Under the pieces are notes generated by a model. It made no database searches. It saw only the letters and a program-made list of their open reading frames with translations, and was not told the origin of the DNA. A stretch of DNA of 64,000 bases from sequence record NC_055708.1; one strand, written 5' to 3'. Each line of letters opens with the position of its first letter. Position 1 is the first letter of the stretch. The position numbers and the translations under genes were made by a program. Of the stretch, positions 51,924 to 60,923 are shown one piece after another. Source of the DNA: Enterobacteria phage ATK47.

Positions 51924-51952
51924 TTTACTTCTCCTTGAGATGTGTTATAGTA
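51924..51952 (+). promoter_or_regulatory. T4-type early promoter
   Basis: GTTTAC, 17 nt, TG-t-TATAGT; TTCTCCT after -35 complementary to SD AGGAGAA. Confidence 0.6.
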
Positions 51953-51978
51953 GTCCTTACTTACTAGAGGAGAACGTT

Positions 51979-52158
51979 ATGACACGTAAAGAAAAGATTT
52001 CTAAGTTGATGTTTTTGATTGAAGAGTACGCTAATGCGGTATCTGATTGGGAAAATGCTCATGGTTGCGAAGATGGAGACATCGACATTAACAGAGCTAT
52101 GAAAAAGATGGCCGACGCTCACACCGAATTGCAAATGTATGTTAACGAGATTATGTGA
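51979..52158 (+). CDS. hypothetical protein (59 aa)
   Basis: SD GAGGAGA. Confidence 0.5.
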   Translation: MTRKEKISKLMFLIEEYANAVSDWENAHGCEDGDIDINRAMKKMADAHTELQMYVNEIM

Positions 52159-52165
52159 GGATATT

Positions 52166-52372
52166 ATGCTTTACGATTATACTGGAAAATCTGAAGACGG
52201 TGTGCTTGAACTTTTACCTGAAAGCGCTGAAGATGATGATATGGTGGCAATGTTTTGTAAAAATGGTCCTGGGGATAAGGGATGGATTTATCTTCGCCAA
52301 GAAAATGACCTAATTGTTTTAGACCCAAAACAAGTTGAAGAACTTTATCAACATTTAAAACACAATCGGTAG
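52166..52372 (+). CDS. hypothetical acidic protein (68 aa)
   Basis: ATG 52166 with SD GAGGA. Confidence 0.5.
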   Translation: MLYDYTGKSEDGVLELLPESAEDDDMVAMFCKNGPGDKGWIYLRQENDLIVLDPKQVEELYQHLKHNR

Positions 52373-52401
52373 TTTACATCTTGGTAGGACTATGTTATAG
52401 T
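52373..52401 (+). promoter_or_regulatory. T4-type early promoter within palindrome
   Basis: GTTTAC, 17 nt, TG-t-TATAGT; GGTAGGACTA...TAGTCCTACC inverted repeat. Confidence 0.6.
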
Positions 52402-52429
52402 AGTCCTACCAAAACAAACGGAGAACAAA

Positions 52430-52540
52430 ATGAAACTTTTGCTTATCGCTTATGTTGTAGTACAATACAATTATCCGATGTTTACTTATAACATGGTAAA
52501 CGGCATAGTGAATCTTATTGAAACGAGTATGGTAAAATGA
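52430..52540 (+). CDS. possible hydrophobic micro-protein (36 aa)
   Basis: ATG with SD GGAGAA right after promoter; below the 60-aa ORF track cutoff. Confidence 0.35.
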   Translation: MKLLLIAYVVVQYNYPMFTYNMVNGIVNLIETSMVK

Positions 52541-52716
52541 CCCGTGAACAAGCTAATAAATTGATGGACCTTATCCGTGACCTACGTGAAGCCGATTCAG
52601 ATTTGAATGATGTAGCTTATCACGCGGTAAATGATAACGGAGACTTTTATGAAAATCAGGTTGATGCGTGCCAGAATGCTTTGGTGAATTTTGTTGAAAC
52701 TTTAATTGGTGAATAA
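52537..52716 (+). CDS. hypothetical acidic protein (59 aa)
   Basis: ATGA overlap with previous; below ORF track cutoff. Confidence 0.4.
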   Translation: MTREQANKLMDLIRDLREADSDLNDVAYHAVNDNGDFYENQVDACQNALVNFVETLIGE

Positions 52717-52717
52717 T

Positions 52718-53248
52718 ATGAAAATTGTAATTGAAACAACCGAGTTGTTTGGTGATTTATGTATCGAAAAACGTGGTTATGCTTACGTTCTGACACAAGA
52801 AGATGATTCTGTTACTATTCTTCCTATGGAACTGGACAAGATTTTGAAACTCAATCCGCCAGGCCATGCATCTGTAATTAACATCGATGAAGACCTTCAA
52901 GTTCGTTTTTATCACGGTCTTTATAGTGGGGTTAATATCGAAACAGAAGATGAATGCCTTTCTATCAATAATTGGAAAACATTCGTCACTAAGGTGAAAG
53001 AATTAATGGAATCTGAAATAGCCAAAAAGGCCAAACTTCAATGGGCTAAATGCCGTAATGCTTTTATTACAAATCAGGACCGCCCTGACTATACAACGGT
53101 CCTAGGCGTTAATCCTTCTTATGAAGATGGCGATGTTGTAGTTATTCGTCAAATTGATGACCTTCGTCAACATATCGTTACATTAGACAAAGATGAAGCA
53201 GTTGCTCTTAAAGCTTATCTCGATTCTATTATCCCAACTTTGAAATAA
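52718..53248 (+). CDS. hypothetical protein (176 aa)
   Basis: ATG 52718 with SD GGTGA. Confidence 0.6.
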   Translation: MKIVIETTELFGDLCIEKRGYAYVLTQEDDSVTILPMELDKILKLNPPGHASVINIDEDLQVRFYHGLYSGVNIETEDECLSINNWKTFVTKVKELMESEIAKKAKLQWAKCRNAFITNQDRPDYTTVLGVNPSYEDGDVVVIRQIDDLRQHIVTLDKDEAVALKAYLDSIIPTLK

Positions 53249-53257
53249 GGAATTATT

Positions 53258-53731
53258 ATGATTATCAATGAAAACTCTTGGCACTTTAAAATTTATGCCG
53301 CGTTCAATAGTACATGGAATCGTCCGAAAACGTTGTGTGCTTATTTTTGGAAAACGTTAATCCCGGTATTGGCTGTTTCAATTATTGGATTTGCGATTTT
53401 AGCAGCAGTCACAATCATTGGCCAGGAAATTTTAACTAAATTCTTTGTTTTTAGCAGTCTATGGACATTAGTTCCAGCCTCAATTGGTGTAGGCATTTTA
53501 ATTGTAGCAGTCATGGCTTTTATTGCTACCGGGTTAGTAATTGGTCCGTCTTGGTTGTTAGACAAATATAACGACAGAAAATATTATAAAGAAATTGAGC
53601 TCATTGCGCAAAACCAAGAACGAATTAAAAATGGACTTGAGCCTATTGAACGTAAGAAATCATTAATAGGTGAATACCTTAAAGCTCGTAAAGAAAAAGT
53701 CTGTCCTACTCTTGAATATAAGGCTAAATGA
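53258..53731 (+). CDS. polytopic membrane protein (157 aa)
   Basis: Three to four hydrophobic helices; SD AAGGAA. Confidence 0.6.
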   Translation: MIINENSWHFKIYAAFNSTWNRPKTLCAYFWKTLIPVLAVSIIGFAILAAVTIIGQEILTKFFVFSSLWTLVPASIGVGILIVAVMAFIATGLVIGPSWLLDKYNDRKYYKEIELIAQNQERIKNGLEPIERKKSLIGEYLKARKEKVCPTLEYKAK

Positions 53732-54717
53732 TGAAAACAATTATGAAAGGCTACTTTGGTAGCCACCTTTATGGAACGTCTACTCCTGAATCTGACGTCG
53801 ATTTTAAAGAAATTTATGTCCCTCATGCTCGTGATATTTTGACCGGTAACGTTAAAGAACATATGAGCAAGAACACGAATAACACATCTTCTAAGAACAC
53901 AAAAGACGACGTAGACCATGAGTTGTATAGTCTAAAATATTTCTTTAAACTAGCTGCGGATGGTGAAACCGTCGCATTAGATATGCTTCATACTCCACCA
54001 AGTCTAGTAGTTAAATCTGATTTGCCTGATGTATGGAAGTATATTCAAGATAACAGGTCTCGTTTCTATACCACTAACATGAAATCTTATTTAGGGTACG
54101 TCCGTAAGCAAGCTTCTAAATACGGTGTCAAGGGTTCTCGACTGGCTGTTCTTCGTCAAGCCCTTAAACGTTCTAATGAATGGGGACAATACTTTGATAA
54201 TGGTGCAGTAATTCGTTTATCACATATGAAGAATGTTCTACCTGTAGGTGAATTTGCTTCATGGGTTGAAACCGAAAACGAGAAAACAGGTAAGCAAACA
54301 TTCTATAGTCTGTTAGACCGTAAATTCCAAGACACGTTAACCAATAAAGAGTTCAATGCTATCCTGGTTAAACTGGAAGAGAACTATGGTGAACGTGCTC
54401 GTAAAGCAGAAGCTAACGAAGGTATTGACTGGAAAGCATTGAGTCATGCATGTCGTGGTGGACTTCAATTATTGGAAATTTACAAAACCGGCGACCTGGT
54501 TTACCCACTTCAGGATGCTCCATTTATTCTCGATGTTAAGCTTGGTAAACATACGTTTAAAACTGTACAAGAATTCCTAGAAGATATCGTTGACCAAGTT
54601 GAACATGCGTCAGAACAAGCTGCCAAGAATGGTATGCAACAAAAAGTAGATACGAGTTTCTGGGATGATTTCCTTGAGCAAGTCTATCTCGAAAATCATA
54701 ATTCTTACTATAAATAA
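53728..54717 (+). CDS. nucleotidyltransferase-domain protein (329 aa)
   Basis: N-terminal GYFGSHLYGTSTPESDVDF matches minimal-NTase signature GS-x(9)-SDhDh; about 230-aa helical C-terminal extension. Confidence 0.5.
   Translation: MMKTIMKGYFGSHLYGTSTPESDVDFKEIYVPHARDILTGNVKEHMSKNTNNTSSKNTKDDVDHELYSLKYFFKLAADGETVALDMLHTPPSLVVKSDLPDVWKYIQDNRSRFYTTNMKSYLGYVRKQASKYGVKGSRLAVLRQALKRSNEWGQYFDNGAVIRLSHMKNVLPVGEFASWVETENEKTGKQTFYSLLDRKFQDTLTNKEFNAILVKLEENYGERARKAEANEGIDWKALSHACRGGLQLLEIYKTGDLVYPLQDAPFILDVKLGKHTFKTVQEFLEDIVDQVEHASEQAAKNGMQQKVDTSFWDDFLEQVYLENHNSYYK
54709..54716 (+). promoter_or_regulatory. T4-type late promoter TATAAATA
   Basis: Exact TATAAATA overlapping NTase stop, 32 nt upstream of ATG 54749. 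Confidence 0.5.
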
Positions 54718-54748
54718 GTAGATAAATAACCCTTAACTTGAGGTAAAT

Positions 54749-55009
54749 ATGAAAAAATTAGCAATTGGTTTATTCGCAGTAATGATGGCATTCTCTGTTG
54801 GTGCTACCACAGGAGCTGGTGGTAACCAGTCTTCTGGGCCTTCCAACGGTTCGGTAAATGCATCACATTCTCAGGGTATTGAGAATATCAAATCGAGCTA
54901 TATTAATAGCACTGCCGGACAAGCAACTGAAGCATGGTCAAAGGGTCGAGTAGTTACACGCTCCGTATTCTGTGATATGCCTAATTATGTTGCTAAGTGC
55001 GATAAGTAA
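54749..55009 (+). CDS. secreted Gly/Ser-rich small protein (86 aa)
   Basis: Signal peptide MKKLAIGLFAVMMAFSVGA; two Cys near C-terminus. Confidence 0.6.
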   Translation: MKKLAIGLFAVMMAFSVGATTGAGGNQSSGPSNGSVNASHSQGIENIKSSYINSTAGQATEAWSKGRVVTRSVFCDMPNYVAKCDK

Positions 55010-55023
55010 ATGTGGGGACCTTC

Positions 55024-55043
55024 GGGTCCCTTTAGGGGGTCAA
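55024..55043 (+). terminator. rho-independent terminator
   Basis: GGGGACC-TTCG-GGTCCC followed by TTT. Confidence 0.7.
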
Positions 55044-55060
55044 AATATTTTTAAAAAGTA

Positions 55061-55089
55061 GTGTACATGCTTTTAGGATATGATACTAT
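55061..55089 (+). promoter_or_regulatory. T4-type early promoter (variant -35 GTGTAC)
   Basis: GTGTAC, 17 nt, TG-a-TACTAT. Confidence 0.55.
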
Positions 55090-55127
55090 AGACCTATCGA
55101 AACGAAATGAGTAAATTGGAGAATAAA

Positions 55128-56108
55128 ATGTTCAACGTTCAAATCAAAAAAGGTATCTATCGTAATAACGAAATCTCTGGTTCTTATGTTGCCACAAAGA
55201 CATGGTTCCCGGCAAAGCTTAATCCTGAATGTTCCCACTTAGGTGATGGTAAAATTTTCGTTATGATTGATGGTTCTGAACGTGGAGTATGGGTCTTCAA
55301 ATCAGACATCGTAATGGAAGGAGTTGAGACGTCACCAGTTGCAGTTGTTGAAAGCACTGAAGATATGAAAACTCGTATCAACAAACGCTTTAAAGTAATG
55401 AACATGATGACGAATGGCATTATTGATGGCAAAATTCGTTCACTCATTATTTCAGGTGCAGCTGGTATTGGTAAGACGTATTCTCTGGATAAAGCACTTA
55501 ATAATGCTAATGATAATGGTTTCATCAAATACAAAAGCATTAATGGTAAAATCTCCGGTATTGGCCTTTACGAACAACTTTGGCTCAACCGTGATGAAGA
55601 CAGCGTTCTCTTAATCGATGACGTTGACGTATTCTCAGATATGGACATCCTGAACCTTCTTAAAGCAGCATTAGATACCGGAGATAAACGCAAAGTTTGT
55701 TGGAGCACTGCGTCATCTTATCTCGAGGATAAGGGTATTGATAAAGAATTTGAGTTTGAAGGTACTATCGTTTTCATTACAAACGTTGATATCGATAAAG
55801 AGTTAGAACGGGGTTCGAAACTTGCTCCACACCTTCAAGCTTTAGTATCTCGTTCAGTGTATCTCGACCTTGGAGTACACTCTAATGAAGAGATTATGGT
55901 TCGAGTTGAAGATGTAATATTATCTACTGATATGATGCAGAAACGTGGCTTGACTGATGCTGAAACGTATAAAGCATTGTCCTGGATGAAGGCTAATGTA
56001 TCTCGTCTTCGCAATGTATCATTACGTACGGCTCTTTATGTAGCAGATTTTATTTCAACCGATAAAGATGGTTGGGAGGAAATCTCCGAAGTAACTTTAC
56101 TGAAATAA
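55128..56108 (+). CDS. AAA+ family ATPase (326 aa)
   Basis: Walker A ISGAAGIGKT, Walker B VLLIDDVD, sensor-like FITN; start at ATG 55128 with SD GGAGA. Confidence 0.7.
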   Translation: MFNVQIKKGIYRNNEISGSYVATKTWFPAKLNPECSHLGDGKIFVMIDGSERGVWVFKSDIVMEGVETSPVAVVESTEDMKTRINKRFKVMNMMTNGIIDGKIRSLIISGAAGIGKTYSLDKALNNANDNGFIKYKSINGKISGIGLYEQLWLNRDEDSVLLIDDVDVFSDMDILNLLKAALDTGDKRKVCWSTASSYLEDKGIDKEFEFEGTIVFITNVDIDKELERGSKLAPHLQALVSRSVYLDLGVHSNEEIMVRVEDVILSTDMMQKRGLTDAETYKALSWMKANVSRLRNVSLRTALYVADFISTDKDGWEEISEVTLLK

Positions 56109-56123
56109 GCTTATAGGAAGTTC

Positions 56124-56167
56124 TGAGGTAACAAAAGCCATAAAGATGAATAATCATATGGCTTACC
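56124..56167 (+). other. long imperfect hairpin in intergenic region
   Basis: GAGGTAA/TTACCTC plus GCCATA/TATGGC arms (13 bp with 5-nt bulge) around 13-nt loop. Confidence 0.4.
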
Positions 56168-56245
56168 TCAAAGAAGGACACCAGGAACCTACTGAGGGCA
56201 TAGAAATATTTAAAATAATGATGTACAAATCAAAGAGGATATGTT

Positions 56246-56533
56246 ATGGATTTTATGCAAAAAATTAAAGCCGCAGTCGAACTCTATGCTCATCGTATGG
56301 TTAGTTCTACGATGCAATATAGCGAGGAGGTTCGCCAGGACTCTTCCTTGAAAGGAAAAACTAAAGCCTTAATTACCTTAGATCGTTTGCAAAAGAATGC
56401 CATAGAGATGCTCCAGTACGACAAGGGTGTATATAAGAAAGAACAGGAAGAGAAACTTAAATCTGAAAAATTACAAAAAATCCCGAAGTCGGTTTGGTTC
56501 AGTGGAAAAAATACCGAAAAAAGTTTCTTTTAG
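56246..56533 (+). CDS. hypothetical protein (95 aa)
   Basis: SD AGAGGA. Confidence 0.55.
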   Translation: MDFMQKIKAAVELYAHRMVSSTMQYSEEVRQDSSLKGKTKALITLDRLQKNAIEMLQYDKGVYKKEQEEKLKSEKLQKIPKSVWFSGKNTEKSFF

Positions 56534-56535
56534 TT

Positions 56536-56564
56536 GTTTACAAGGTCTATGGTTATGTTATTAT
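56536..56564 (+). promoter_or_regulatory. T4-type early promoter within palindrome
   Basis: GTTTAC, 17 nt, TG-t-TATTAT; GGTCTAT...ATAGACC inverted repeat. Confidence 0.6.
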
Positions 56565-56591
56565 AGACCTATCAACTACTGGAGGTAAAAC

Positions 56592-57119
56592 ATGAACGCT
56601 AAAGATATTTTCAACCTGGTAAATTATAACGACGGTAAATTTAAATCTGAAGCACAAAGCAAGTTCTTTAATGACGTTGCTTATGGTAACGAGATTACCG
56701 TAGATGGAGGTCAGATTTTCAAATCTCGCTGGAATTGGATTGTTATCATCGATTCAGTTGGAATTGTGGAAGTCTACAAAAACACTAACAAAAACCGTAC
56801 ATTATTCTGGTCTCGTGAAACTAACGAGCAGTACAAAAAGGATAAAGCATCTCGTTTATCCAAAGTAACCCAGGAAGATATCGAGTTTATTAAGAAAGAT
56901 ATCGAGATGTACGAAAATTTAATCGCTGAAGACCAGGCAGTACTCGATAAGTTTGATGAAATTAAAGCTTCTCGTGAAATCCCTGACTTCATGAAAGAAA
57001 CAGTAAACGAACGATACGCTCTCACTTCAGAACGTATTGCAAACTATACAAAACAGAAAGCAGAACGTATTAGTACTCTTCGGAAATTTGAAGAACGTTT
57101 AAAGACGGTTCACGCATAA
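56592..57119 (+). CDS. hypothetical protein (175 aa)
   Basis: SD GGAGGT. Confidence 0.6.
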   Translation: MNAKDIFNLVNYNDGKFKSEAQSKFFNDVAYGNEITVDGGQIFKSRWNWIVIIDSVGIVEVYKNTNKNRTLFWSRETNEQYKKDKASRLSKVTQEDIEFIKKDIEMYENLIAEDQAVLDKFDEIKASREIPDFMKETVNERYALTSERIANYTKQKAERISTLRKFEERLKTVHA

Positions 57120-57120
57120 A

Positions 57121-57146
57121 CGCTTTACCCAAGGACGGGTTATAAT
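57121..57146 (+). promoter_or_regulatory. candidate middle (MotA-box-like) promoter
   Basis: CGCTTTA (resembles MotA box TGCTTtA) 13 nt upstream of TATAAT (57141-57146). Confidence 0.35.
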
Positions 57147-57181
57147 GGTTTTGAGTTCCAATTCAATCTGAGGAAATAGTT

Positions 57182-58177
57182 ATGAGCATTACATCTGATG
57201 CGATAAAACATGAAATTAACGGTTTATGTGCTTCACAGATTAAAGTGTGGTTTAAAGACCATAATGATCGCAGAGCGCTTAATTATGAACGAATTGCTAT
57301 CCAAGTTCATCAATTACTGGTTAGTAAATTTGATTTTCATATGCCGTCTGAAATCTATACTAATCTACCGCGAGCGCTTATTAAAGCGTGTAAAGGCTAC
57401 GGAAAATCAATGGCTGACGGAATCTTCAGCGCGCTGAATAAACTTAACGTTCTGTCGATGATTAACTCTAACAATATCCTGCGTAATCTAGGACGTACTG
57501 ATTTGTTCGGTCGTGAACAGTGTAAAATGCCTTTGAAACGGATTGTTGCTCATCTTAACGAGAACCAAACACGTTTTATGGCCGTAACAGCACGTTTACA
57601 AATGGGCCTAGATCGTCAGATGAACTTTAAAACTCATCCACGTTATTCAGGTTCAACAGACTTTTATAAATGTGAGCTTCAAAAGGTTGGTGGTAAAACT
57701 GTCTTAGTAGTTCGTGTAACGTTTGAAGGACGACGTCAAGGATATTTTGACATAATCGGCTCTGGTCTTAAACATTGTGGATTTATCGACGAAGTTGATA
57801 TCAAGCGAGACGGCATTGGATACCGTATTGGGTATGTTTGTACTCTTAAAGAAGAGATTTCAGGACCAGCTCCAGGACTAAAAGACGTTAGATATAAAGA
57901 CGAGCTCGTTGAAGAAATAAAAGAAGTTGAATATGATATCAACCAAGAAGATGCTCTTAAAGACCTTATTGATGAACTGAACCAAGATGTTATTCCTGTT
58001 CAGAAATTTGAATCAAAACATGCTGAGCAAATCAAATACTTTGAAGCTTTGATTAACGAACTTAATGTAACTATTCAACAGACTGACGATGAAATCTCAC
58101 GATTAGCAGGCTTAAACGGTAAAAATAAAACAGAACGAGCTAATCTTATTCAAGTAGTAAAACTTCTTAAGGAATGA
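57182..58177 (+). CDS. hypothetical protein (331 aa) with C-terminal coiled coil; array member 1
   Basis: SD GAGGAAA; last about 60 aa heptad-rich. Confidence 0.65.
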   Translation: MSITSDAIKHEINGLCASQIKVWFKDHNDRRALNYERIAIQVHQLLVSKFDFHMPSEIYTNLPRALIKACKGYGKSMADGIFSALNKLNVLSMINSNNILRNLGRTDLFGREQCKMPLKRIVAHLNENQTRFMAVTARLQMGLDRQMNFKTHPRYSGSTDFYKCELQKVGGKTVLVVRVTFEGRRQGYFDIIGSGLKHCGFIDEVDIKRDGIGYRIGYVCTLKEEISGPAPGLKDVRYKDELVEEIKEVEYDINQEDALKDLIDELNQDVIPVQKFESKHAEQIKYFEALINELNVTIQQTDDEISRLAGLNGKNKTERANLIQVVKLLKE

Positions 58178-58206
58178 TGTACAACCAAGGATGGTTGGAG
58201 TATAAT
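58177..58206 (+). promoter_or_regulatory. early promoter (ATGTAC, 18 nt, TATAAT)
   Basis: Shares 24-nt core ACAACCAAGGAYGGTTGGAGTATAAT with promoter at 59197. Confidence 0.6.
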
Positions 58207-58232
58207 AAATTTTTCAACATGAGGAATATAAA

Positions 58233-59192
58233 ATGGCTTTTATTACACGTAGAGAACTTATCAAAGAATTTACCTCGAACGCATATACTCCAGGACCTAA
58301 TCCTATCCGTATGCCTGTAAAGACTCCTGAAGAGATTGAGGAAATCTGTTCATATTATGGGATTACTTCTCGTATGTTTACCCAATTTGAATGCGTTACT
58401 AACACACCCGTTAAAGAGTTCATTAAAAATGGTGAGTTCAGCCGTTTATTGGCCAAACAGAAACTTCGTAATTTTTGTATTGGCGGTGAAGGTCAATATT
58501 TCGCTAAGCAGTTCCGGAATAACCTTAACAATCTGATGGCCATTGCTTCTCGTATTCGTCCTCAAGCAATTAACATGAAACATTTGAAATATACTTACGA
58601 TAAGTTAGAAATCATGGTTATCAGTGAGAACGAGTTCACTCTTACGTATAAACCTAAGAATGATAACGTTGCTCGTGTATTCCACCAAGCGTTGGAAGTT
58701 TTAGGTGATAATATCCACCAGATTAAAGCAATTTATTCTCGTGAGCTTAATATTATCGACCCTATCAAGAATAAGGGCCATATCGCTATCCAGGCTCGTG
58801 TATCTATTGGTAAAAAGGTTCCTGCACCATGGTGGCACAAAGACTCTGAATATTATCAAAATCTTAAAAAGGAAAATGCAACATTTGAAGCGTCAATTAC
58901 TGCAACCCCAATTGGTAATGCTGAAGTTCTAGGTTCATATTCTACTTCGGGTAAATCAATGTTTAAAGGTTTGCCAAATGTGTGCAAACTGTCTGCAGTA
59001 AAACTAAATGTTTCTAATGACCTTCTTCCGGTCGAAGATTACCATTACAATCAAATCAAGGCCACTATGGACCAACTGTCTGTTGAACTTGACAAAGCAC
59101 AAGCTAAGCTTCGTGATGCTCAAAGTGTTGTAACGAATCTCCAGTTGCAGTACTCTAAACTTTTTAACGCAATGAATGCATTAAAATCATAA
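58233..59192 (+). CDS. hypothetical protein (319 aa) with C-terminal coiled coil; array member 2
   Basis: SD GAGGAA; C-terminal heptad-rich tail. Confidence 0.65.
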   Translation: MAFITRRELIKEFTSNAYTPGPNPIRMPVKTPEEIEEICSYYGITSRMFTQFECVTNTPVKEFIKNGEFSRLLAKQKLRNFCIGGEGQYFAKQFRNNLNNLMAIASRIRPQAINMKHLKYTYDKLEIMVISENEFTLTYKPKNDNVARVFHQALEVLGDNIHQIKAIYSRELNIIDPIKNKGHIAIQARVSIGKKVPAPWWHKDSEYYQNLKKENATFEASITATPIGNAEVLGSYSTSGKSMFKGLPNVCKLSAVKLNVSNDLLPVEDYHYNQIKATMDQLSVELDKAQAKLRDAQSVVTNLQLQYSKLFNAMNALKS

Positions 59193-59196
59193 AACG

Positions 59197-59226
59197 GTTT
59201 ACAACCAAGGACGGTTGGAGTATAAT
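59197..59226 (+). promoter_or_regulatory. early promoter (GTTTAC, 18 nt, TATAAT)
   Basis: Same conserved core as promoter at 58177. Confidence 0.6.
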
Positions 59227-59254
59227 GAATCTATCTTAACGAGAGGAAAATATT

Positions 59255-60205
59255 ATGACACGTTCACATTACATTGAATACTTTGCCGGGCTTATCGCTA
59301 ACGTTCATGCTCAGCGCGCTACTGGTGCACTAGGATTTGATGTTCCACACCGAGATGTAGTAAGTGGTATTCTTCGCGATTTTGGTACATACACAGGCCA
59401 AGAAAATCATATCTGTAAAGATACTCAAAATGCATATTCTCATTCATTAGGGACGCTGCTTCAATGGTTCAAACGTTCTCGTTTATTATCTTCTACTGTA
59501 GCTCGCGATAACATTAAAAACTTTATGAAGCCGAGCTTTATTAAATCTGTGACATCTAAAACCGATTTGGTTGAATTCACTATTGTTAATGATGTTAAAA
59601 AGACTCATTTGGCTGATTGGTTATCTACCATTCCTGAAACTAAATTTGCTGATAAATTTGCTTGTGAATTCAATAACCAAGTGAATATGCTTTTTAAACA
59701 TTCTCGTAAATTATTCACGGGCGGTGATGGTCGTACAAATAAAGTTCATGTTAAAGATTGGGTTACTGCAGTATTCAAACCGACCGGTAATGGTAACGCA
59801 TCATTATCAATTGATATCCAGGTTCCTTATTACTACTCACGTAATCTCGGTACCATGAAAGCCGAAGAAATTAATAAGCACAACAAAACCGTTCGTTCAT
59901 TGTCTTATAAACTTATTACATTGTTAGAGACTATGGATGTTGTTGAAACGTTCGACGAATCCGAAGATAACGGTTCAATGTTATACAGTTCTCGTACCAG
60001 AATTAAGCTGAAGAACCCTAACGAGTATAAACTTAAGACTATTAAAGAACCTAAAGTAGAAAAAGTTGACAACTTGAGCGAAGAACGTGAATACCTCAAA
60101 TCTCGTCTGAAAGAAGTCGAAGCCCAGATTAAAGAACAAACTAAATCGTTAAAAGCTCTTAATGCGAAAGCGGATGGTTTACGAAATGCCATTGAGGTTT
60201 TATAA
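59255..60205 (+). CDS. hypothetical protein (316 aa) with C-terminal coiled coil; array member 3
   Basis: SD GAGGAAA; C-terminal EEREYLKSRLKEVEAQIKEQTKSLKALNAKADGLRNAIEVL. Confidence 0.65.
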   Translation: MTRSHYIEYFAGLIANVHAQRATGALGFDVPHRDVVSGILRDFGTYTGQENHICKDTQNAYSHSLGTLLQWFKRSRLLSSTVARDNIKNFMKPSFIKSVTSKTDLVEFTIVNDVKKTHLADWLSTIPETKFADKFACEFNNQVNMLFKHSRKLFTGGDGRTNKVHVKDWVTAVFKPTGNGNASLSIDIQVPYYYSRNLGTMKAEEINKHNKTVRSLSYKLITLLETMDVVETFDESEDNGSMLYSSRTRIKLKNPNEYKLKTIKEPKVEKVDNLSEEREYLKSRLKEVEAQIKEQTKSLKALNAKADGLRNAIEVL

Positions 60206-60510
60206 TGAAACTACGTCTTTTAGAGGATATTGATATGAACACTAATCACAGCTTGGTTAAGTTTATTGACGATAGTTCAAAGATTGAATTTGTTCAGCGA
60301 GATAAAATCCACGGTGAAGAAGAGTTCGTTCCTCCAGCATGGAACGAAATCATGAAAATGGTTGAACGACGTGAAAATGCTGCCAAATCGGCAGCAAAAC
60401 ACCCATGTCCGGAATGTGGAACTATCCAAGTCCAACTGGTTAACTGGACCACTGATAACTTGAAATTGAAATGCCGTAAATGCTTCCACAATTTTGAGAG
60501 AACATTATAA
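60205..60510 (+). CDS. zinc-ribbon protein (101 aa)
   Basis: C-terminal CPECG-x(17)-CRKC four-Cys motif. Confidence 0.6.
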   Translation: MKLRLLEDIDMNTNHSLVKFIDDSSKIEFVQRDKIHGEEEFVPPAWNEIMKMVERRENAAKSAAKHPCPECGTIQVQLVNWTTDNLKLKCRKCFHNFERTL

Positions 60511-60923
60511 TGAGATATAGCCTTCGTTGTTTTATCGCAGCTTTAGTTTTTGCTATTATTCCATTCATTTGGAACAGCCAGAATACTTACATGGAAACTA
60601 AAGTAATTCCTGTGGAGGTAGTGGAATTAATCTCAGGACAATCTACAGGAAAATATTCTAAATTGGAATTTATTGCAGTCTATAAAGATGAGCAAGGACG
60701 AGTTTTTGACAGGCGTGTATCGCCATCGTTTTATACGCTTCTGAATAAAGGTGATACGATAGCTATAGAAATTCGTGAGATGGATATCAAACAAACTACT
60801 AAAGATAACTTGATTTGGTTCTTTGGTACAGTGTTGTTGGTTTCTATCTGTATCACAGGTTTTATTACATGTATTGTATTTGGCGTTGCATATTTAATCG
60901 ATGAAAGGAAAAATAATGTTTAA
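60510..60923 (+). CDS. membrane protein (137 aa)
   Basis: N- and C-terminal hydrophobic helices. Confidence 0.55.
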   Translation: MRYSLRCFIAALVFAIIPFIWNSQNTYMETKVIPVEVVELISGQSTGKYSKLEFIAVYKDEQGRVFDRRVSPSFYTLLNKGDTIAIEIREMDIKQTTKDNLIWFFGTVLLVSICITGFITCIVFGVAYLIDERKNNV

